32,000 nt of DNA from Corynebacterium glutamicum ATCC 13032 (lineage in GTDB: Bacteria; Actinomycetota; Actinomycetes; Mycobacteriales; Mycobacteriaceae): the NCBI RefSeq assembly GCF_000011325.1, contig NC_003450.3, positions 2,580,001 through 2,612,000 on the forward strand, in the 5' to 3' direction. Below the pieces are notes generated by a model. The model was not told the DNA's origin, did no database searches, and saw nothing but the letters and a program-made list of their open reading frames with translations. Below are positions 18,485-24,606 of the stretch, one piece after another; positions within the stretch are counted from its first letter, which is position 1; every line of letters starts with the position of its first letter. The translations under genes were made by a program, and so were the position numbers.

Positions 18485-18565
18485 TTTTCTTCCCTTTTCT
18501 GATAGGTGATGAGTGCTTTCACCACGCAGTCTGGCACCGAACGACAAGCGCGTAAAGGAAGAAAA

Positions 18566-18630
18566 AGCCCGCCTGTGGATAAGTTGTGGCCTGATCGAAA
18601 ATGAGGCCTAGTTATCCACAGGGGCGGGCT
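18566..18630 (-). terminator. Long compound hairpin terminator of ctiP; its arms carry two inverted TTATCCACA nonamers
   Basis: AGCCCGCCTGTGGATAA (18566-18582) pairs with TTATCCACAGGGGCGGGCT (18612-18630), giving 8+9 bp with a 2-nt bulge. An inner GGCCT/AGGCC stem is also present. On the minus strand it is followed by TTTTTCTTCCTTT. Confidence 0.8.
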
Positions 18631-18659
18631 GGAAGGGGTGCGGGGAGACGTCGAAAAGC

Positions 18660-20813
18660 TTATTCTTTGTCTTTGTCTTTGTCTTTGGGCTCGAAGGTTT
18701 CCTGGTAGTAGTCGCCGTGCATGTCGTGGCCCTCGTTCATGCGTGCGAGCATCCTGTTGTATTCCTCGGCGTCAGCGTAACCAGTGGCTTCGGCGCGGGC
18801 CTGGTAGTTTTTCTCCACGATTCTTTCCTCACGGAACCAACCACGGAAGAGGTAACCGAACACGACAATCAGCGGGAAGGAACCCGACGCCCAGGCGATG
18901 CCGCCGCCAACGAGCTGGTCGTAGGCCAGATCGACCTCCCATGGCAGGTTGAGTTTGGTGTAGAAATCCTCCGCCAAAATGACCTGGAGCTGCATGAGGT
19001 ACACGCCGAAGAAGAGGTGGAATGGCATCGAGAAAGTCAGCCACGCCAGACGCGACACATGCGTGCGTTCCTCCGGCTTGGGGTCAGGACCGATCATTTC
19101 CCAGTAATAGACGTAACCGGAAATCACGAACACGAAGTTCATGATCAGGTGTCCGGCGTGCTCGGACACCATGATGTCATACAGCGGCGTCAGGTAGAGC
19201 GCGTAGAAAATGATGATGAACTGAATCGTGTTCACCGCTGGGTGCATGATGAATTTCAGCAGCGGATTATCAGTCATCACCGCAGCCCATTCGTGCAGCC
19301 CAGGTCGGCCCGGCTCTCCAGGCGCAACGGCCTCCATGATCAGCGACAACGGCGCGCCCAGCACCAGGAACACCGGCACGACCATGGACAACAGCATGTG
19401 CGCGACCATGTGCATGGAGAACGTCGCCGGCATATTCATGCCGATGCCGGAAGAAACGGTGACCACCAGGGTGATACAGCCCAGCACCCACCAGAAGGTG
19501 CGCATGTGGTTCCACTTTTTTGCTTGTCGACGCAAAGCCACAAGGCCATACATATAGAAGGCCAATAACATGATGCCGATGGTGCCCAGCATCAAATCAA
19601 AACGCCACATGGTGAACACGTTGAGAAGAGTTGGTTCCTTCTCCAGGGAGTAGCCCATTTCCAAAGCCATCACTGAAAGGTCTTGAATCTCTGGTGCAGG
19701 TGGCGGGGTGCGTCCCATGGAAATAGCAACGCCGGTGACCGCAGCCATGGCAAGAACTTCCACGATCGCGATGCGAGTAAACAGCGCTGAGTTCTTTGGA
19801 TCCTTCTCTAGCTTCGGGATGGTGAAAGTGCGGTGGGCCAAACCGAACATGCCCACCACGACAACACCAACAGCCTTAGCAAAGACCAGCAAACCATAAT
19901 TAGTGGTGAACAGATCTGAGAAGTCCATGCGCAGCAACGCATTCACGACGCCAGAAATCGCCATACCAATAACTGCGTAGGTTGCGATGATGGAATAACG
20001 CTTCACTGCCATATCCATGTTGGGACCAATGCGGCGAGCGTGCGCAATCAACGCCATCAGGCCACCCACCCACAGCAGCATCAAAACCAAGTGCCACAAC
20101 AGGGAGTTCGTGCCGTAATCGTGGTCGCCACCGGCAGCTGAGTGACCTTCCAAACCAAGTGGAACAGTCATGATGATGGAACCCGCAAACAGCAACGGCT
20201 GTGCCAACCATGTACGACAAAACAGACCAGCGATACCGGTGATGAAGGCAAAACCAGCAACCCACGCCCACGCCTTAGCCAACGCAACCTGCTCGAATGC
20301 GATCGCCCAGTTCTGCAACTTCAGCGCCTCAGTAAACGGTTGCCCCGACAAGTCTGACATCACCATCGGGATCATCACAATCGCCACAAGGCCAAAACAA
20401 ATAGCCGCAAACGAACCCGTACGCGCCGCGATGGAACCATCCACCGACAAATACGAACGATTCAGATAACTAGCCTTCTGAGGCCCATCTTCCGCGCTGC
20501 GCTTAATTTCTCGCGGACTAATAAAGAAGGTCGTCGCCATGAAACTACCCGCTGACAACGCAGCAACAATCCAGCCCACCGCACGCAAAAACGGCAAACC
20601 AGCAGTAGTCATCGGGCCCGGATCAGGGATGCCCAATGCAGCAAGAGATTCCGACAGGAAACCCCACGCCAAAATGACACCCACCAAACCAGCCACAAAC
20701 GCAAACAAAACGTAGAAAGGCCAGGTGATTCTCACCTTGCTGCTCTTTACCTGCGATTTATTCACTGGAGAAGAAACTCCACCAGAACCCTCGGCAACGA
20801 CCTGCTCATCCAT
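18660..20813 (-). CDS. ctiP: Copper transport/insertion protein, CopD-like N-terminal half fused to a caa3-type CtaG assembly-factor domain
   Basis: 717-aa polytopic ORF. The C-terminal half has the CtaG-type signature FSMHMVAHMLLSMVVPVFLVLGAP. The N-terminal half is a His-containing multi-TM region. The tail is EPKDKDKDKE. The size and position next to phoB match my recollection of C. glutamicum CtiP. Confidence 0.75.
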   Translation of the reverse strand: MDEQVVAEGSGGVSSPVNKSQVKSSKVRITWPFYVLFAFVAGLVGVILAWGFLSESLAALGIPDPGPMTTAGLPFLRAVGWIVAALSAGSFMATTFFISPREIKRSAEDGPQKASYLNRSYLSVDGSIAARTGSFAAICFGLVAIVMIPMVMSDLSGQPFTEALKLQNWAIAFEQVALAKAWAWVAGFAFITGIAGLFCRTWLAQPLLFAGSIIMTVPLGLEGHSAAGGDHDYGTNSLLWHLVLMLLWVGGLMALIAHARRIGPNMDMAVKRYSIIATYAVIGMAISGVVNALLRMDFSDLFTTNYGLLVFAKAVGVVVVGMFGLAHRTFTIPKLEKDPKNSALFTRIAIVEVLAMAAVTGVAISMGRTPPPAPEIQDLSVMALEMGYSLEKEPTLLNVFTMWRFDLMLGTIGIMLLAFYMYGLVALRRQAKKWNHMRTFWWVLGCITLVVTVSSGIGMNMPATFSMHMVAHMLLSMVVPVFLVLGAPLSLIMEAVAPGEPGRPGLHEWAAVMTDNPLLKFIMHPAVNTIQFIIIFYALYLTPLYDIMVSEHAGHLIMNFVFVISGYVYYWEMIGPDPKPEERTHVSRLAWLTFSMPFHLFFGVYLMQLQVILAEDFYTKLNLPWEVDLAYDQLVGGGIAWASGSFPLIVVFGYLFRGWFREERIVEKNYQARAEATGYADAEEYNRMLARMNEGHDMHGDYYQETFEPKDKDKDKE

Positions 20814-20873
20814 GCCCCTAATCTAACCTCCCCAACACCCAGAACCATAGTTGAGTGATCCATGTGATAGCCG

Positions 20874-20897
20874 AACACGGGTGTACGGTAAAGTTCC
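20874..20897 (-). promoter_or_regulatory. Candidate ECF-sigma-type promoter upstream of ctiP (GGAAC-N16-GTT)
   Basis: The minus strand reads GGAAC (20897-20893), then 16 nt, then GTT (20876-20874), about 60 nt upstream of the ctiP ATG. The pattern resembles actinobacterial ECF promoters. This rests on motif resemblance only. Confidence 0.25.
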
Positions 20898-21021
20898 AAG
20901 CGCACGCAATAATGTGGGGCTTCACACAATTGGGTATTTCTTGTCAATTGTGGGAGTTTCTATATAAAGTGTTTCGAGAAGCTTTCTAGATTGCCGGTTT
21001 GGCACCAGTAGTAGTTTCTAC

Positions 21022-21095
21022 GCCTCCATAGCTCAGTGGATTAGAGCAACCGGCTTCTACCCGGTTGGTCGCGGGTTCGAATCCTGCTGGGGGCA
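21022..21095 (+). tRNA. tRNA-Arg (anticodon TCT)
   Basis: I folded a cloverleaf by hand. The acceptor GCCTCCA/TGGGGGC pairs, the anticodon stem is ACCGG/CCGGT, the loop is CTTCTAC, and the T-loop is TTCGAAT. CCA is not encoded. Confidence 0.9.
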
Positions 21096-21134
21096 CCGCA
21101 ATTTAAACATGTTTTATCCATGTTTCAGCAGTTC

Positions 21135-21173
21135 AGGGCACTCTTTCATTTTGAAGGGGTGCCCTTTCTGCTT
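21135..21173 (+). terminator. Terminator-like hairpin after tRNA-Arg
   Basis: 13-bp stem AGGGCACTCTTTC / GAAGGGGTGCCCT (three G-U pairs) with loop ATTTT, followed by TTCTGCTTT. A second small hairpin AAACATG-N7-CATGTTT lies at 21106-21126. Confidence 0.55.
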
Positions 21174-21461
21174 TCCATAAACATGCTGCGAGCACATTTT
21201 GAGCACACTTCATACACACTCTTGGCAAATTTCAGACACTAATTAGTCGGTTTTTTAGGAAAATAGGCGAGCCGAAGATTAGTTGCCAAGACTTCACTTA
21301 AAAGTAGCCAGGAATTGACATATAGCCTCTACCTTATGGATTGCCCGGGTGAAAACTCGGAAAACTCTTTGGTTTTCATACCTTTCTTGCTTGATTTTCA
21401 TGAAAAGCACATTCCCAGTGAAGCCCTGAAGCACACTCTCGAGCCCAACATAAGGAATAAA

Positions 21462-22883
21462 ATGTCTTTCAAGCGTCGTTCGCTTGCAATCACTTGCGCC
21501 ATCACCTCCAGCATTGTTCTCGCTGGAATCTCCGGCACCGCTGCCGCCCAGTCCTCCTACGTTTCTGGATCCTCAGGACTGCTGTCCTCCAGCGAGCTCC
21601 ATCCTGAAACTCCAGCACCTCTGGATGCTCCAAAGAACATCATCTACATGATCGGTGACGGCATGGGTTACAACCATGTCTCCGCAACCAACCTGTTTGA
21701 AACCGGCCAGACCATGCACCAGGTCGAAGGCGAGCCAGGTTCTGTCACCCCAGTTGAGGGTGGCACTCCAGTTCAGGCATTTGAAGGCGCTGAGTGGACC
21801 CAGCTTGCACAGTCCACCTTCCAGGATGGAAACTCCTACGACCCTGAGCGCGCGTGGGCTGATCACAACTATGTCAATGAGAACTTCACCGACTCCGCTG
21901 CTGCAGGAACCGCAATGGCAACCGGCGTTAAGACCACCAACGGCATGATCGGCATCAACCCAGCCAACGAGCCTGCGAAGAACACCTCTGAGTACGCAAT
22001 TGAAAAGGGCAAGGCAGCCGGCGTTGTTTCCTCTGTTCCTTTCAACCACGCAACTCCTGCGGCTTGGGCAGCTCACAACTCCAACCGCAATGATCTGCAC
22101 GCGATGGCCGAAGAGATGATCAACAGTGATCTCAACGTCATCATGGGTGCTGGCCACCCATTCTTCGACAACAACGGCAACCCAATCACAGAAGCCGACG
22201 AAGACTACATGCAGGCTTCCCAGTACGAGCGCCTCGCAAGTGGCGAAACCGACTTCACCTTCGTCGAAGAGGACGCAGACTTCGAGGCTCTCGCAAACGG
22301 CCAAGTTGAAAGTGACAAGTACTTCGGTCTCGCGCAGGTCGAAGACCCCCTTCAGCACGACCGCGATGGCGACTCTGTCACTCCTTACGACGTTCCACTC
22401 AACGACGTCGTCGACCTTTCCACCATGTCCAAGGCAGCCCTCAACGTTCTTAACCAGGACGAAGACGGATTCCACATCATGATCGAAGGTGGCGCAATCG
22501 ACTGGGCAGGCCACGCAAATGACATGGCTCGCGACATTGAAGAAGTCCAAGAGTTCAACAAGGCCGTTGAAACTGTCATCGAGTGGGTTGAGACCAACTC
22601 CTCTTGGGATGAAACCCTCGTGATCGTCACCGCCGACCACGAAACCGGCTACATGACCGGCCCTAACGATGATCCAAACTGGTCCGCAATGACCGGCGCT
22701 GCAGGCATCGTTCCAAACCACGGCTGGCACTCCGGTAACCACATCAACCAGCTCGTCCCAGTGTTCGCTCGTGGCGCAGGTGTCTCCGATATCGTTGCTG
22801 CTGCCGATCAAGTTGACCCAATTCGCGGGAATTACATCGACAACATTGAGATCGCGAACCTGACTTTCAACAAGTGGTGGTAA
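21462..22883 (+). CDS. phoB: Secreted alkaline phosphatase (PhoA family)
   Basis: I prefer the ATG at 21462 (AAGGAA 5 nt upstream; MSFKRRSLAITCAITSSIVLAGISGTAAAQ signal peptide with an RR pair) to the track start at 21315. Motifs: active site DSAAAGTAMATG, metal ligands DGMGYNH, DWAGH, and TADHETG. The name follows C. glutamicum usage; this is not the response regulator PhoB. Confidence 0.8.
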   Translation: MSFKRRSLAITCAITSSIVLAGISGTAAAQSSYVSGSSGLLSSSELHPETPAPLDAPKNIIYMIGDGMGYNHVSATNLFETGQTMHQVEGEPGSVTPVEGGTPVQAFEGAEWTQLAQSTFQDGNSYDPERAWADHNYVNENFTDSAAAGTAMATGVKTTNGMIGINPANEPAKNTSEYAIEKGKAAGVVSSVPFNHATPAAWAAHNSNRNDLHAMAEEMINSDLNVIMGAGHPFFDNNGNPITEADEDYMQASQYERLASGETDFTFVEEDADFEALANGQVESDKYFGLAQVEDPLQHDRDGDSVTPYDVPLNDVVDLSTMSKAALNVLNQDEDGFHIMIEGGAIDWAGHANDMARDIEEVQEFNKAVETVIEWVETNSSWDETLVIVTADHETGYMTGPNDDPNWSAMTGAAGIVPNHGWHSGNHINQLVPVFARGAGVSDIVAAADQVDPIRGNYIDNIEIANLTFNKWW

Positions 22884-22957
22884 CCCCCGCTTGACCAGCC
22901 GTTTTGGTTAATACAGCACGGTGAGTTAAAGTTATCCGTGCTGCTTAACGCGGCAAT

Positions 22958-23031
22958 GGTGGCTGTAGTTCAGCTGGTAGAGCACCAGGTTGTGATCCTG
23001 GGTGTCGCGGGTTCGAGCCCCGTCAGCCACC
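22958..23031 (+). tRNA. tRNA-His (anticodon GTG) with G-1
   Basis: The acceptor GTGGCTG/CAGCCAC pairs, the extra 5' G pairs with C73, the anticodon loop is TTGTGAT, and the T-loop is TTCGAGC. The gene is followed by CCG, so CCA is not fully encoded. Confidence 0.9.
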
Positions 23032-23037
23032 CCGAAT

Positions 23038-23074
23038 AATCCCCTTACCTGCACAAACAGGTTGGGGGATTTTT
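23038..23074 (+). terminator. Rho-independent terminator of tRNA-His
   Basis: AATCCCC..ACCTG / CAGGT..GGGGATT stem with loop CACAAA, followed by a T5 tract. Confidence 0.8.
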
Positions 23075-23087
23075 ACATTTTCAGCCG

Positions 23088-23110
23088 CCTACGCTTTAAC
23101 CTACGCTTAA
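23088..23110. repeat. Tandem direct repeat CCTACGCTTTAA / CCTACGCTTAA
   Basis: Two adjacent copies (12 nt and 11 nt) read directly from the sequence. Confidence 0.8.
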
Positions 23111-23234
23111 GGTTCGGTTTTTCACTGTTCCGCCTCGCCCCCAAAGGCCGCAGCAACGCCGCCATGGCCACGCCAGCGCCCCCACGCCGCTAAGCCCATT
23201 CTACCGCCTGAGGCAGCCCTACAACACCCTGCCA

Positions 23235-23270
23235 CCCTTCCCCCTGTGCCCCCTTCTCCCCCTTGGTCCC
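23235..23270. other. C-tract block (C3-N2-C5-N4-C5-N4-C5-N5-C3): G-quadruplex motif on the minus strand, i-motif on the plus strand
   Basis: C runs at 23235-37, 23240-44, 23249-53, 23258-62 and 23268-70, with loops of 2-5 nt. Confidence 0.6.
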
Positions 23271-23412
23271 GAACCACAGGCATGGGAGCGAGAAAGTGAC
23301 AGCAAAAACAACCACACGCTTTTTAGAACACGCGTTCCAATAAGCACCTACAATCCCTAGAGCGCGCCCTTTTGTGACCTGCAACACAATGCTGTAGGTG
23401 TCTCTTTCTTAG

Positions 23413-23563
23413 TTTCGTAATTTACGAAGCAAACTACGAAAAAACTACGAAACGCCTGACCTGCGGTTTCGTAAAATTACGAAAATCGAAAAAACAAATT
23501 ACGAAACACACGAAAACGCCGTGACCAGCATGTTTCTACTACTTTTCAATAGAGTTTCGTAAT
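23413..23563. repeat. Iteron-like array built on TTCGTAA / TTACGAA
   Basis: Palindrome TTCGTAA-t-TTACGAA (23414-23428) and palindrome TTCGTAA-aa-TTACGAA (23468-23483). Single copies at 23499-23505 (TTACGAA) and 23556-23562 (TTCGTAA). Variants cTACGAA at 23434-40 and 23445-51, and cACGAAA at 23509-15. The longer units ACGAAACGCCTGACCTGCGG and ACGAAAACGCCGTGACCAGCA are separated by about 64 bp. Confidence 0.85.
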
Positions 23564-23674
23564 TTTGCGTATTTTCACCCCAACTCTTTTTATATAGAGA
23601 CACATAGACGAATTTAGTGGCGTGGCTCACAGAGGCACAAAACCCTATTTTCGTTACTATGTTCGATATTTTGA

Positions 23675-23710
23675 TGTCACACTAGTTAACTGCTGTCACA
23701 TTAGTTAACT
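23675..23710. repeat. Tandem 17-nt direct repeat TGTCACAYTAGTTAACT (period 19 bp), each copy containing the palindrome AGTTAACT
   Basis: The copies at 23675-23691 and 23694-23710 are 16/17 identical. Confidence 0.85.
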
Positions 23711-23942
23711 ACCGCAACACCGATGCGGTGGGTGATCCTTGCCTTTCGGATTACGAATCGGAACTGATGCAACTGGCGCGGCTCCCCGCAAACATCCGCA
23801 TCGGTTTCGATTCAACTCTTCCGCAAATAGCCGACCGAATCGGTAGCCGCTTCTGTTTCCCCTCCGAAGTTAACGCCGATTCGATGATGACGTGGATACC
23901 ACTACCCTATTTCTCGTTTTAGGCCAGCTGGCGCGCACCGCG

Positions 23943-24584
23943 TTATGCAGAGGGGCTATCGGGCGTTTGCGAATTGAGTTCGGGCCACTGCAGCACTAGC
24001 TCGGCGAGATAGACCGCGAGAGCCGGGCCGAGCACTGCGAGGAAGAACAGGTAGCCTCCCCACTGCGCTGGGAAAAAGACGGGGTACAAAACAAGCACTA
24101 TGCCAGGCAATATTGCCAAAAGAGTACGCGGTAGGTGCCCTACCGCCTTCATCATGGCCTGTGTGATTCTTTGGCGGAAGCCGAGCCCCGGTGCATCGAG
24201 ATGGAAGAACCATACGCTGACAGAGCCCAATACGATAAGCCCCGAGATCAAGGCTGCGCGCAGTATCAGGCCCATTGAACCCAGATCTGCCTTGGCAATG
24301 ATAGCGAATTCATACGCGGCTAAGGCGGCGACGGCGAGGGAAATGAGCCACCATGCGGTGTTGACCCCGGGACGCGTCAAAAGGCCCCGAACGAAGGCCG
24401 AGCCGCGGCGAGAACCTTCCTCGCGGACCATCTGGCCGGTCACCGCGTGGGCGGTGCGCAAGGACATTCCCCCGGTGAATACGGGAAAGCACGTTATCAC
24501 CAAGAGAACATTCACGATGACTAGGTCAGCGAAGAGGCTCAGAGCAGCATAGAACTTCGATTCGGGGCCGAGTATGCGATTCAT
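23943..24584 (-). CDS. musI: Small polytopic membrane protein (DUF624/YesL-like), accessory component of the maltose ABC importer
   Basis: 213-aa ORF with about 6 hydrophobic segments. It is the last gene of the permease operon, 22 nt after musG. Position and size match my recollection of MusI in the MusEFGK2I system. Confidence 0.7.
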   Translation of the reverse strand: MNRILGPESKFYAALSLFADLVIVNVLLVITCFPVFTGGMSLRTAHAVTGQMVREEGSRRGSAFVRGLLTRPGVNTAWWLISLAVAALAAYEFAIIAKADLGSMGLILRAALISGLIVLGSVSVWFFHLDAPGLGFRQRITQAMMKAVGHLPRTLLAILPGIVLVLYPVFFPAQWGGYLFFLAVLGPALAVYLAELVLQWPELNSQTPDSPSA

Positions 24585-24606
24585 GGTTTTATCCTATCGC
24601 AACCTT

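Noticed and set aside
18485-18547. 21-codon N-terminal extension of the SSB-like ORF
   Set aside because: It has no Shine-Dalgarno sequence. The ATG at 18484 is preceded by AAGGGAAG and starts at the conserved OB-fold N-terminus.
18667-18686. GTCTTT x3 microsatellite as an independent repeat feature
   Set aside because: It simply encodes the (KD)3 C-terminal tail of CtiP. It is mentioned under that gene only.
18717-19568. 283-aa plus-strand ORF, plus other ORFs on both strands inside 18660-20813
   Set aside because: They overlap ctiP, whose polytopic CopD/CtaG sequence is convincing. These ORFs are His/Arg/Asp-rich shadow frames.
21405-21435. PhoR-type direct repeat (CCTGTGAA-N3-CCTGTGAA) upstream of phoB
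   Set aside because: CCAGTGAAGCCCTGAAGCA matches only the first repeat reasonably well. The second is degenerate, and the site is too close to the start codon for an activator.
21315-21461. 49-codon N-terminal extension of the phoB ORF (track start at 21315)
   Set aside because: The extension lies in AT-rich promoter-like DNA and would bury the signal peptide. The ATG at 21462 has an AAGGAA Shine-Dalgarno sequence and gives a proper signal peptide.
21573-22811. 412-aa minus-strand ORF
   Set aside because: It is antisense to phoB, which has clear alkaline-phosphatase active-site motifs. It is a shadow ORF.
23413-23563. Possible CRISPR array
   Set aside because: The repeats are only 7-9 nt long, occur in both orientations and are irregularly spaced, and there are no cas genes. 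This is not CRISPR-like.
23675-23710. GlxR/CRP-type site (TGTGA-N6-TCACA) in the GTCACA repeats
   Set aside because: Both TCACA elements are in the same orientation and 14 nt apart. The inverted TGTGA half is missing.
23728-23922. 64-codon GTG-initiated ORF in the tRNA-His/musI gap (also 23002-23193 on plus and 23190-23387 on minus)
   Set aside because: None has a Shine-Dalgarno sequence, a recognisable motif or favourable codon usage. 23002-23193 overlaps the tRNA and its terminator, and 23190-23387 reads through the C-tract block. I cannot exclude a small protein, but the sequence gives no support.
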